From Blastocystis sp. Blastoise (Eukaryota > Protista > Bigyra: Opalinata), in the NCBI GenBank assembly GCA_039096225.1, contig JBBPEB010000030.1:248001-312000 (forward strand): a stretch of DNA of 64,000 bases, read 5' to 3'. This document shows positions 29,001 through 60,041 of this stretch, piece by piece. Under the pieces are notes generated by a model. It had not been told where the DNA came from. It saw nothing but the letters and a program-made list of their open reading frames with translations, and made no database searches. How positions within the stretch are numbered: position 1 is the first letter of the stretch; each line of letters begins with the position of its first letter. Both the position numbers and the translations under genes were made by a program.

Positions 29001-29484
29001 AGATCCATAGGAGATATAGACGTAGTAGCATTATTGACTATATTATTATTGATTATATTATTATTGATTGTATTATTATTGATTGTATTATTATTATTAA
29101 TATTCATATTATTATTTATATCATACATAGAATCTTGAGAAAGAAGATGAGGAGATTCTATTTGTAATGGAGGTATTTCAAATTTATGATTCATATTCAT
29201 ATTATTATTTATATTCATAGGACTATAATTTAATTCACATAAAGAATTATTTTGTGCGATCATTGAAAACTCATCATTATTTGACTTGGATATATTATAC
29301 TGACAATTTGAAATTTCATTATTATTATAATAACTACCAAGAGAAGAACTCAAATCATCATTATTGAAATCATCATTATTTTTTATATTATTATTATTCA
29401 TATTATTATTTTTTATATTATTATTATTCATATTATTATTATTCATATTATTATTATTCATATTATTATTATTATTATTATTCA

Positions 29485-29517
<33 letters not shown>

Positions 29518-30665
29518 CATTATTACTAATACGATTTGAAGGAGATGTTCTTTCTTCGTTATTAAATAATAATCTATCACTATCTTTAATATCTACAATA
29601 GTTAGTGGAATTATAGAACTCTGATTATTATTTATATCTTCTCCAAAAGCATTATTATCATTAATGTTATATTGATTGTCATTTGAATTATTATAAGTAG
29701 CTGTATTCATAAGTATTGAATTTGGTTCATTTAGTATATAATTATTATTATTAAGAATAGTATGTGGAGTAGAATACATAGGTTTCATAAAGAAAGGATT
29801 ATCTTCTTCTACTTGTGTTTCTGTTCCATGTGAACTAGTAATATCCGTAGAAGAATAAGATTGTGTTTGAGACATAACAACAGAAGAAGCTATATTCACA
29901 TTATTATTATTTACATTATTATTATTTATATTATTATTATTTATATTATTATTTATAGTATTATTATTTATAGTATTATTATTTATAGTATTATAATTCA
30001 TATCCATATTATTATTGTTTATATCCATATTCATATTCATATTATAATTCATATTCATATTATTATTCATATTATTATAATTCATATTATTTAACCCATA
30101 ATGATTTTCATTAATATAATTAGAAGATTGTGAAGTAGATTGAGTATAACTATCGGGTAATATTTCTTGTGAGGATATACTTGGAGCCATATATATATCT
30201 TTAGAATCTGTACTTCCTGAAAGAGAAGTAACTGTTGTACTTTGTGAAATAGGACCTAATGTATAATCTATTTCATTAGAATATATATTCATATTCATAT
30301 TATTTATATTATTATTTGTATTATCATTTATATATTCATTATTATTATACATATTCTCATAATTATTAATATCATGTTGAATATCATTTTGAACATTTGT
30401 ATAACTATTATTATTAAACATATTATTATTAATAAATTCATTATTATTATTAATAAATTCATTATTATTAATATTGACATTATTTATATAAGGAGTAGAA
30501 TATTGATGTATATCTTTATTTGTAGAAGCAGGAGTAGGAGTAGAAGAAGAAATAGAAGTAGAAATAGGTATTTTATTTTGATTTATATCGATACCACCCT
30601 TATTTAAAAAATTATCAACATCACTTATTATATTGGTATCATTTCGATTCATTTTGGAATCAATC

Positions 30666-30697
<32 letters not shown>

Positions 30698-31636
30698 CAA
30701 TAAAAAATAATAATTAATAATAATAACAAATTATAATTATTTCTAAAATATAATTAGAAAAATATATATATACATTTTTTTGTTTGGGTAATAAAGATCT
30801 TAAATGAGATTTAACCTTTTCTCTCCCTCTAAATGGTGTCATTAACTATATAATAATAATAATTATTATTATTATTATTTATTATTATTATTATGTATTT
30901 ATTAAAATATATATACACTAGCTATTCTTGCATATTCATTAGGATATTGAGTATTTAAATGTAGTAAAAGCTCGTCTTCTTCTGGAGTCCAAGGACTATA
31001 TATATATATATTATAATAAATTATTAAAATATATATATATTATTATTATTAAAAAAAATAATATCTAAATAAAAGATAAAATTATATAAAATACCCATCA
31101 TAAATAGATGGATCAATAAGTTTCCATCTTCCTTCTAATTGATTTCCTTTTCTATTCTTAAAATATTTATCAGCTAGTTTCTTCCATGGAATTCCACTTG
31201 AGGAAGGATTTTTAGATAAAAATTCAGTTATAACTTTTATCAATAATATATCCTCTTCATCACTCCATTTATCTTTAGATTTTTGTCTATAACGAAATGA
31301 GATATATAGAGTAATTTCAATATAACAAAAGACATAAATCAATTTAAAAAAATAATAAATTTAAATATATACTTTTGTTTTGGTTTTTTAGCTTTTGTAC
31401 CATGATCCTAGAATTTTAAGAAATATATAAGATGATTTAGAATATATAAAATTAAATTAAAATAACAATATACATTTTGCATGGAATTAACTTCATTCAG
31501 TTGGACATTGAGATCTATAAATATATATTTAGAAACATATACATAAAGAATAACTCATTTGCTTATGTAGATTATGAGGAATTATACCTTGTTGATTCAT
31601 TGAATTAGCGTCTAACAAGAAATCGCACGTATCCAT
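21302..31636 (-). CDS. Giant Myb-domain protein (two N-terminal Myb/SANT repeats plus a >3100-aa Asn/Ser-rich region), 7 exons
   Basis: Six small 5' exons splice in frame (GT-AG) to give KWSDEEDILLIKVI...IPWKKLADKYFKNRKGNQLEGRWKLIDPSIYDG|PWTPEEDELLLHL...RGREKVKSHL. They join the terminal exon 30664-21302. Confidence 0.85.
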
Positions 31637-33051
31637 ACTTATATTATCGTATTGGTATTTGTCGTAACTTAATTAAATAAATACAAATACACAAAAACAA
31701 GTCCAGAAGCCGAAAAAAAGATTAATAACGTAAATCCAAAATTCTGATTTTTTTTAAGGTTTTTTCATTCAGTAATCAAACCTGTCGATAACTGTATACC
31801 TATAACTCTTTAGTAACTATATAATATATGCTCATAGTCATGTTTTGCGACTTTTATAAAAGTTAAATAGATATATAAAAAGCTTATAGCGTGTTATTTT
31901 CGTTGATCGCAAACATTCACATATAAAATTACTTATGAGAATGATAACATATCGATATTTTATTAATTGTAAACTAAATAAAATGTAATTGTTGATTGAC
32001 ATGAAAAGTTATATATATTTTACATAAAAAATGAGAATTTGAAAATAAAAGAAATTTCTTTCCATAAAAAATAATAAAAAATACTTGATAGTATATCAAA
32101 ATGTTCATAAAAAATACTTTTCTAATCTATTTAACACACATAGTATTTATGTGATATATTGAGTCGAATTTATTTCTTTGATGATGATGTTTTCTTTTTT
32201 TTTTCAAGTAGATTCCTTTCATTTTGCATTCAATATATGATAATTATTATTGCTAATAATTCTAAGAAATAATAAATAGATTATGTTAACAAATATGGCA
32301 TCTTGTTGAATCGATCTATGAAATATATACAAAAAATTAAGGATTAAGTTGAATTCAAGTCTAAAACAAGTAAAAACATCAAAATATAATCTAATAAAAT
32401 ATCTAATTAGCAATTGTTATTTTTTTATCGTCTAAAAATTACTTTTTAATATGATTTATTATATAGTAACAACCATAGATATCATTATTTAGCAAAATAT
32501 ATCATATCTTATAGGAGAAAAGCAGTAATATACTTTTTTTGAAGACATAATTCACTAAAAACAATGTGCAACACATATACACAATCCTAAATGCGTTGCC
32601 ATATATCATTTTTCTCGAATAACATTTCTAAGTCAAATTAGTTATCTTATATAAAAATGTTTGAATTGAACTAATTATCTTTTCATTCCTAACATTTAAA
32701 TACAGATTCTATTCTTAGAATAGTCATGTAGTACGATGGACAAAAAAAACAAGCTTCTTCATCAACAAAAAATCATAGAAATAGATGCCTAACATCAAAA
32801 CAATGTTTTTAAAAATGATTATTAATTGGATCAATTCATGTTCATTGTTTTATTCATATACATTTATAAATTAAGTTAATATAGCTGATAAAATAAATGA
32901 ATTAAAAAAGCGATAAGAAATGTTTCCAGAATTTTTTCTTCCAGGGGAATTCGATTCGATTCTCTATTTCTTGAAGAAAAAACAAGGAAACTTCTTTTTT
33001 GATCTAAATATATATTTGTGTTATTTAGTGTGATTTTCAAATATAGAAAAG

Positions 33052-35485
<2,434 letters not shown>

Positions 35486-35731
35486 ACAATTCAAGTCTCA
35501 CAGATACTATTGTGTTCTTTTTGAAAATAAAAGAATCATAGAATCATTTTTTTTTATTGTTTAAAATATAATTTGATTCATTTATTTTTATACATTTAAT
35601 TTTTTTTCTAATTATTTTGTTGTTTCTAATGATTCATAAATTTCTCAAAAAAAAAATAGTTTTTAATAACAACAATAGTTTTATTCATTTTTTATAATTT
35701 ATTATACAATGAAAAACAATATATATATGAT

Positions 35732-36714
<983 letters not shown>

Positions 36715-38009
36715 TATAGAAGTGATTTAAAAAAATATCTTAAAAATTATTTATTCTTGTTATTTCTGAAATACTCACTATTGTTCCAATAATAATCATA
36801 AATTAATTCTTTTTCTATCAAAACACACTAATTTAAAATAATTTAAATAGTATCAATGCACTAATAAATGAATAAAAAGCAGTCTATGCTAAATTAAATA
36901 AAATGAATAGCAAATATTATTGTTTGATGTCATAAACTATTTCATTTATGAGAATTAACGAATGAGTAAAAGAGAATAAGGTAATGAGAAGAACAAAACA
37001 CATAATAATAGTATAGATTTAAAAAACAAACGAAAATAATGTCGAACAAATGATTAAAATATCGATAAATGATATACTAATAAGGTATACATATTATCAA
37101 TGAAGAGTAAATGATAGAAAAATAGTTCCTAACAAAGATAAATAAAAATTTATAAATATTTCGACAAAATTCAAAGCAAAAAAAAAATAAAAATTTATTA
37201 AAATAAAAGGAAAGCACGAATGAGGAAAATGTAAATAAATTAAATAATATTTTATAGTCAAAATGATAAGCTTATTTAGGAGTAATATACAATATAAATA
37301 TATAGAATAATAAAAAAGTTATAAGGAAAAAAAAGTATAGAAAAGTGTTACAAAAATGAATATGAGAAAAAAAAACTTATGAATAGGTACTAATAAAAAA
37401 ATTCTATGAAAGAAAAAAATGCTATAAGGAAAAGCATAAAGATCAAGAATGAAATATATATATATAAATTCATTAATAATAAAAAAGGAGGATTGAAAAT
37501 AGACGAAGACCAGAAAAACTGAATGATAAAAAAAACAAATGAGTTTCAGAACAAAACAGTAAATAAAGATAATTATAAGAAAAAGAAAAATAAAAAAAAT
37601 ATATATGAATTCATTATTTTAGAAAAAAAAAAGGTGAAAAAGAATTGTTTTTAGAAATAATTTAAAAGTTATATTAAAAAGAAAAGAAGATACAAATGAA
37701 AAAAGAAAACTTATAGAAAAGAGAAACAAAGAAATTGTAAATAAAAATATTTAGAAAAATATGGTTTATAAAAAGAAAGAATAAAAAATATTTAGAAAAA
37801 CAATATATACAATGTGTAATAAATGAAATATTGAATGCTTGAAAATATGAAATAAAAAAAAAATAATAAGAGTTAATAAGTATTTGAAAAAACACAATAG
37901 AATTGAATATATAAATATATATATATATATACAATTAGAACCATAATAAGAATCATTTATGAGTATTTGGTTTATGATATTTCTAATAATATCAAAGAAT
38001 TTTGTTTAT

Positions 38010-47214
<9,205 letters not shown>

Positions 47215-48338
47215 TATGACAAAGAAAGAAACTCGAAATATTTAATTTGATCAAAGATTGATGTTTTGAATAACAATTTCTATTTGAAAAAAGAGAATAA
47301 CAATAAATAAACAGAGTATAACTATTCAAAAAAATATAAAATTTGGAATCTATTACTCATGAAATATCAATTGAATCTGGGTGTTTTCTTAATGTTTCCC
47401 ATAAATATCTTCAAATTAAGAAAACATGAGAGAAAAAAACAGTTGGTCCTCTCATTTGGCTTTATAATAATTGGTATTCAATCAATCACATTAAAATTGT
47501 TAAACATCATCTTATTGGCTTATTTTATAGTAATCTTAATACTATTGGATATGTCCTTTTGTTGTTAAAAAAATCATGAATCATGGGAATTCTCATGTCA
47601 TCACTTAGAATTTCAAAATAAACATGAATGTTCTTTAAAGATGAATTATTCTGTTTTAGGTTCATTTGTTCTGTTTTTGCACACAAATTCCCATTGTATT
47701 AGCTTTATTACGTTATATTTAAAGCTCCTATAGCTAAAGACGAATAGGATAAATATATATATAACAAAATGTGATAGTTTTTGCTCCATTCAGCTCTCAT
47801 CATGTATCATCAACAGGATCTGATATATCACTTATGCAATATAGTGCAGCATGTTTTTTATAATAAAAACACTTTGAATAGAAAGTATTTTCAAAACCAA
47901 ATAAAACGCTTTGAAGAGAAAATGAAGTAAATCAAATAGATTTCTAGTCACATTAGTCTCTACACAAAATCTAGACAACTTTTAAAGAATAAAAATGGAG
48001 AAAATTAGTAACTATGTAATCAAATAAAGCAAAAAATAATACGGCTCTTTAAAATTTCTTTGAGATACAGCATCTGGCTTTTCTTTCGTTTTGAAAAATA
48101 ATTTATGGAAATATTGTTTTTATTAGTGTTTTAATGAAAATAATCAGAAACGGATGTTATAAAACTAGAAGGCAAATGAGAAATAATCCCAGAATCCACT
48201 CAAAAAATTTCCATGAATAAAAAGAAAAAAAGAAAGAAAAAGTTTCAATAAATTAGTGTTAAAAAGAAATCCTCATTCTTTTCTCTATTAAACTGATTAT
48301 TTTATCATAAAGCGCACTTATTGAATTGTAAGCTTATT

Positions 48339-49795
48339 ATGGAAACGTCAACAAAACTATCTTCTGAAACAGAACATCCTGAACAAGTAAATTCTCCAAG
48401 TAGTTTTGACCAATCGAAAGCAAATGCTTATTTAAACACATCAAAAATTGACAGAAAGATGAATTCAGAAGGAAAACAAGATCGAAATAATGATTCTAGA
48501 TCTCCTGTTGATGACAACAATGTTATTATTGAAAAGTTCGCAAAGTATATACTCTAAATATATTCTATATATTCTCTATATATTTTATTGTCATGAATGT
48601 TTTTCATAAATATAAATTTTATATTGATCAATAGCAATAATGTACATAGAATACTAAAAGTTGAATATATAATTATAATCTTATTATTCTTCTATATTTT
48701 ATTAAATGATTAATATATAAAATGATTAATATTTTTAGATTGAAGAGTGGTATGTCTGTAGAACAAATAAAAAAATTAACCGAAGCTCGTTTACAAGGTG
48801 CTAAGATTGTTTTAGATACTACAGATATAATACATCAAAATACTATGAATCCTAGGGAAGATCCATTTATGTTTAATATGAATGAAAATGAACTATATTC
48901 TTCTGAAATGAATTATGATAATCGTAAGAAGAATAATAATAATATGCATCATTTTACTAATAATACTATTCCTTCTAATTATCCCATGGGGATGATGTCG
49001 AGTCCTATGAATGATACAACTTCAAATAAGATTAATAATAATATGAATAATATGAATAATATGAATATGAATAACAATATGAATATGAATACTATGAATA
49101 AAACTAATAATAATACTAATGTACTGAATACAATGAATAAAGCCAATAATCCTAATTCTATAAATGGTGCATCTATTGATTTTGGTTCATCCAATAGAAT
49201 AGATCTTGAATATCGTGCTTCTCATTCTTCTGAACCTTTATATAATTCATATAAAAAGCGTATATCTACTCAAAATCATCCTATGGGTCCATCTGTATAT
49301 TTAGATCGCCTTGGTTCACCTCAATCAGATACATATTCACCTCAAGAAGATTCTTTATATAAAATATCTCCTCTTAGTTATACAGGTTATCCTCCTTATG
49401 AAGATATTAATGCTTATGATGATTCTTATATTAATAATTATCTTTCAAATACATTACCTACTCCTACTACTAATACATTAAAACCTACATCCTATACTAC
49501 TACTACTAATACTAATACTAATAATAATAATAATAATACTCCTATTACTACTCAAGATTCTATAGATACATTACCAAGTGATCCTATACCTTATTCTTTT
49601 GATCGTTCTGATATTATACGTAGTAGACATCGTGAATCTGAACCTATTATTAATCCAGATATAGAAGCATTAGATATAGAATATCATCTAAGACAACCAA
49701 GTAGAGTAAGAACACAAACTTATGGTACTGTTATGAGAACTGGAAGTATAGCAAATGATGAATATGAATATAATATATCCGCTTTTAATAATTAA
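48339..49795 (+). CDS. Hypothetical low-complexity protein, 2 exons
   Basis: ATG at 48339; GT-AG intron 48545-48739 joins KFAK|LKSGMSVEQIKKLTEARLQ in frame; the rest is N/S/T/P-rich. No domain recognised. Confidence 0.75.
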
Positions 49796-50899
49796 ATTTA
49801 TTATTTATTTTTTTTTCATTATATTATTCGATTTTATTATATATATATAGATTTAATTGAATAATATTCATATTTTTCTTCATTTGTTTTGTTGTTCTAT
49901 TTATGGTTTTTATCTAATTAATATTCATCTATTATTCTTCTCTATGTATATATATATATATCTTTAATAATATAATAATAGTTTTTTATGATTTTTCCTC
50001 AAGTTATTGATGAAATTGTTTTTATTTGTCTTTTTTATATATTTGTATACTATATATATTTGTTTTATATAAACATCAATTTCTAATATATAAATATATT
50101 TCATTATATATTTATAAATATATCCAACAATTTATTACTTTTATTGTTACAAATCTTTTGAGTTCCTTTTGTTAACAATATATATAGTATTTAATATATC
50201 TTATCTTTCTTATGTAAATAATAACTATAAGTATATGAATTGAAATATTTATAGATATTTTATTCTTTTCTATATCTTTTACCATTATTATCATGTATAC
50301 TATTGTTTCCAATTTCTTGTTAACAACAGAGTAATTTAATATACTATAATATCTTCTTGTATATTCAATATTATATTGATTATATATAGATATTTCTTAT
50401 TTAGTCTTCCATTAAATTGATGTATAAATGAATTTTTATATATTTATTATTGTTTCGATATATATATATAGTTCATTTTAATCTCTTTTTAATGGCTTAT
50501 ATTATATATTCTATTCTTTATCAGTATTATTTATCAATGTCTACTGTTATGCTTATTCTATGTTTTTTTTCTCTATTTTTTTATTATTCGTTTTCTGGTA
50601 TATATATATATGTACTTATTTTTTTAAATCTTTTGTTTTCTTGTTTATCTGTTAGTTTTTTTCTATTTGTTTTGTGTATATAAATTACATTTATATAAAA
50701 GTCACATATTGTCAATGTTTTATAACATTTTTATTATGAGTAATACTTAAATGCTTTTTATTTTATAAAATAGATCTAGTTAACAAAAATATAATAATCT
50801 TGAAAAGAAAACTATTCAAAACAGTTATATATTCTAAAAAATAAACAGTTTTAATATATTATAGTAATAGAAATAGCAAATAAAAATAATAGCATTTAT

Positions 50900-55369
<4,470 letters not shown>

Positions 55370-55677
55370 GAAAAAATAATTTTGTTTTTTGTTTTTTATT
55401 GATTTTTTTTGCAAAATTAACAATATGATAATAAAAATAATTTTCATTTTGTGTACATTGCATTCTTTTAAAACTATGTAGGAGAACTGTTTTGAAAAAT
55501 AACATAGAGTTTGTTCAAAATGTAATTGTAAATAAGTTTTTAAATTCTAATTCATACATAGAACAACGTATAAAGAGATATATAGATAATATATCATAGG
55601 CTAAGTAGTATTATTTCAAGATTAAAATGGAAAAAAAGGAAAAATAATAAAAATAATGAATACTATGTTTTATTCTT

Positions 55678-55890
55678 TTATTTATTTTCTTCAATCATGG
55701 CTTTCTTACATATTGGGCATAACCATTTTAAGGGTATTTGAGCATATGGAGGTAATCCAACACATTCATAATGAAACCATTCAATTGGACACTAAATTGT
55801 ATACGAAAAATAGTGAAATTATATTAGAATTGATATACTTTAGGATTTGAACATAATATCATTTCGCCAAATGGATCCTGAATATGTAGG

Positions 55891-55939
<49 letters not shown>

Positions 55940-56715
55940 TAATGTAAATATATAAAAATTAATGTAAATAAATAAAAATTAATATAAATAAAAATTAATG
56001 TAAATAAAAATTAATATAAATAAAAATAAATATATATACTCGTTTACATATACAGCAAGATTGATTCTCATTTTCATCATCAATCCATTCTAAGAAATGT
56101 TTGGATGAATATTCTGTAGAGAATTGAGATAAAGGTTGTATTCCATAACTAATTAATTCATTTCTCAATATATCTGTTGAATAATCTAAAGATTTTATGT
56201 ATTTATGAACCTAAAAGAAATATAAAATAGAAGATATGGAGTTATATAAGAAGAGTATATATTTACATATAATAAAAGAATTCTTGAAAGTTTGACTTTC
56301 TGTTCATTTAATTGTGAAATAACAGAATATGTATCAGAAACCTATAATGAGAGAAAATCATGATTACAAAAATTAAAACAAAAATAAAGAAAAAACAATG
56401 AAAATAATAATAATAAAAAAAGCAGATAAAATAAAATAATCCCAACTATTCATAAGACAAGAAAACATACAACTGGTAACGATGGAGCAATTACAATTAC
56501 TTTTGAAGACTTTGTATCGTAATCGTTAACTTCATGAAGATTTGTTGACTTCACTAATGCTATATATAAGGATCAATTTAAAGAGAAACTTGAAAATAAG
56601 GAAAAATACTTCCAACGTAGTTATCTATTTCGCCTATAAGGTTCAGGTACTTTTTATAATTCTCTACAAACTCATCGAAAGGAATGAAATACTTCCCAGC
56701 TTTAAAATTATCCAT
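55678..56715 (-). CDS. ING-family-like PHD finger protein, 6 exons
   Basis: Helical N-terminus, then SCCICKR|DPFGEMILCSNPK|CPIEWFHYECVGL...KWLCPIC, the ING-type PHD pattern. All introns are GT-AG. Confidence 0.85.
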
Positions 56716-57300
56716 AGAGTAATCAATGAGTTTCAGAAATTTTTAATGAAACTAATTTAAAGTTATATTCACAGTCAGAAGATATCAGAAAAACAATAAA
56801 ATAGTTATTTTAATATTGAAATAAATGAAAACAACATAAAATAAAAGAGAATCGTTGAAAAATTATTTCAGATGCTTTCAGTTGACTTAATTATGATGAA
56901 AGATTCTGAAAAATTATTAATATCTTTAATTCTTCTCTATTCTTGTAGTTCGATAGTTCTTTTTATCATTCATAATTCTTTTCATATATCTTAGTCGTAA
57001 TTTATAAAGTTAGTGATGATGCTATTTGTAATGTGTAATAAAAAAATCTCTTTACATTCCTATTCTTAAAAATATGCTTGTTTTTTGATATGATGACGTA
57101 GAATGGTTGCATGATGAGTGATTTCTGGGAATATAAGAGTAGATAAGTATGTTTTAGATATTTCCCGTAAAATTTTGAGTTTAAAAAAAAGAAGTCATAG
57201 AATTCGTAACAGGTGTCTGTTTAAGACGTAGTATTCTTCATTTTTTAATTGTATTGTATTTTGCTATAAAGAATTATATTGAATAAGATTTGGATTCAAG

Positions 57301-57999
57301 ATGAAACTTATTATTGTTTATCGTAAGAAGGAGTATCCTGTTGAAGTTAATGAAAAGCAAACTGTTCTTGATTTTAAGAAAGATTTAAAGAAACAATTTA
57401 AACTTTCTGTTGAAAGACAAGCATTGAAAATTGATATTGAAGGAAAAGAACCTATTCGTTTTGATAATGATGAAAAATTAATGAGTACTTATCAACTTAG
57501 TGATGATAATATCCTTTTAAAATTATTTATTTCTTGCTTATATATTTTTTTCTTTGTTAAAATGAATAATAAATTTCATAAGTTGTTATTATGATATTTC
57601 TTCTTTGTTAAAATGAATAATTAATATTAAATTAATTTCAGTATATTATTTTGTCTTTAATTATGATTTACCTCAAGTAAAACTTCGTGATCTTGGTCCT
57701 CAAATTGGTTATAGAACTGTTTTTATTTAAATTATATATTAATAATGAAATATAAATTATTATTATTATTATATATATATAGGTTTTTATTTTTGAATAT
57801 CTTGGACCTTTATTAATTATGCTCTTATTATCTTATCAACCTTCTTTTATATATGGACAAATAACTAGTTCTATGAGTGCTGTTGCTAAGTATATTAAGT
57901 TTAATGTTATAAATGTTTTTTTATATTTCTTCTTCATTATATTTATTGTTAGTATTATGTTATTATTATTATCTGAAATATTATTATTATTATCTGAAA

Positions 58000-58057
<58 letters not shown>

Positions 58058-59261
58058 GTTTTTTTTTAGGAGAGCTGTATTATGTTGGGAACTTCATTAT
58101 TTAAAGAGATTATTTGAGACTTTCTTTGTTCATAAATTTAGTAGAGGTACAATGCCTTTAACAAATTTATTTAAGAATTGTACTTATTATTGGGGATTTG
58201 CTTTTTATGTACGTATATGTTATTATTATACTTATTATTAATCAAATTATTATTATTATAAATAAAATATCAATACATTATATATATATATATTCCTTTA
58301 TATATATAATTAGGTTGGTTATACTTTATGTTCTCCTTTATATACTCCTCCTACTAATATGAAACTTGTTAGAATTGCTACTATGGCTATGCTTGTATAT
58401 ATATAATATATATATATATTATTATATATATATATTGTTTATAAAAATATATACTTCTATTATACTTACTATATAAATATTCATTCATTATATAGATATG
58501 TGAACTTATTAACGGTGCTGTTCATCTTCAATTCCGTTTTATGAGAGGTACTGATAAAACATCTAGACCTATGCCTACCGTATATATTATCTATATATAG
58601 ATTATTATTATATATTTATTTTTTATATCTATACTATAATATAAAAATAATTAAATACAAAATTAAAAAAACTAATATAAAAAATAATTAATATATAATA
58701 TTCTACAATTTTCTATATTTTATTTCTTTATAGGGTTTCTTATTTGCTTTAGTGTCTTGTCCTAATTATACTGCTGAAGTCTGTTCATGGATTTGTTTCT
58801 CTACTATGACTCATTCTTTCCCTTGTATATATATATATATAGAGTTATAAAATTATTTATTTATTTCATATAAATATATATATATATAGTTATAAAATAT
58901 TTTATTTATTTCATATAAATATAATATATATATAGAGTTATAAGATTATTTATTTATTTCATATAAATATATATATATATATATATAGAGTTATAAAATT
59001 ATTTATTTATTTCATATAAATATAATATATATATAATATAAAATTTTTTTTTTATTTCATATAAATATAATATATATATAGAGTTATAAAATTATTTATT
59101 TATTTCATATAAATATAATATATATAGCTATCTTGTTTACTTTATGTGGTTTTTATCAAATGACTGAATGGGCACTTAAAAAACATAGAAATTATATTAA
59201 AGTTTATGGTACTGCTTATAAGAATTTACATAGAAAAGCTATTGTTCCTTTTCTTCTTTAG
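57301..59261 (+). CDS. TECR: Very-long-chain trans-2,3-enoyl-CoA reductase (TECR/TSC13/CER10), 8 exons
   Basis: Ubiquitin-like N-terminus; LRDLGPQIGYRTVFIFEYLGP; HYLKRLFETFFVHKFSRGTMPLTNLFKNCTYYW; LVSCPNYTAEV; QMTEWALKKHRNY; RKAIVPFLL-stop. Confidence 0.95.
57509..57671 (+). other. U12-type AT-AC intron, 163 nt (first intron of TECR)
   Basis: 5' ATATCCTTTT; branch-like TCTTTAAT; 3' TTTAC. The phase-1 junction gives SDD-T-QVKLRDLGPQ in frame. Confidence 0.9.
58826..59125. repeat. Intronic ~45-50 nt minisatellite in the last TECR intron
   Basis: About six copies of (AT)n-AGAGTTATAAAATTATTTATTTATTTCATATAAAT. Confidence 0.85.
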
Positions 59262-60041
59262 ATCTATATATTTATAATTATATATATATAAACACTTAAT
59301 AATTATTTAATAATTTTTATATTTTTACAATTTATGGGGAATTTTTTAAAAAATACTTATACTCTATTTAGAATAATAATTGAATAATTGTTTTGTTTAC
59401 GTTATGTTTATGCTTATAGGAGTAATTCTTTTGCAAAGTATCTATATATACGTATTTAAATAAAATATATTCTTGAAAAGACTAATATAGTTATAAATTT
59501 GCTTTACTTAATAAACTGAACAATACTTAGTATCTTGAACAAAACAAACATTGAAATAAAAATAACTGAATTGAAGATAATTATGACTAATAAAAAAAAG
59601 AAACATCCATACAAACAAGTGAGACTAATAAATTTGACGGAAGATAAAATTAGATATATTTAAAAAAAAAGTTAATAAATAAATAAGATATGGATTGCTG
59701 ATATATACAATCAAATATAAAGAGAAGAAATATAAAATAAAAGGAAATGATATGAAAAAGTATTCTCATAGTTATGAATACTAATGAATGAAGATGAATA
59801 ATAAACAACTGAAGAAATAAAATAAACAAATATTAATAAAATAAAATAAATATTAATAAATAAATATTAATAAAATAAATAAATATTAATAAAATAAATA
59901 AATATTAATAAATATTAAATAAATATGTATATAAATAATAAAAAAAAAGAGGATAAAAATAATTTGAATATACATAGAGTAATAATTAAAAAAAAACACA
60001 CAATAATATAAACATAATTCTTTCCAATGCAAATAATTATT

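Noticed and set aside
37674-37934. F/I/L-rich ORFs in 3' regions (also 20353, 20854, 50450)
   Set aside because: Translations of U-rich 3' UTR or intergenic sequence with no exon-like composition or motifs.
47770-47832. Possible C/D-box snoRNA (TGATGA/CTGA motifs, short terminal stem); similar hints near 5070-5130 and 57090-57130
   Set aside because: Box order and spacing are unconvincing and such motifs are frequent in AT-rich DNA. A snoscan or Infernal hit would be needed.
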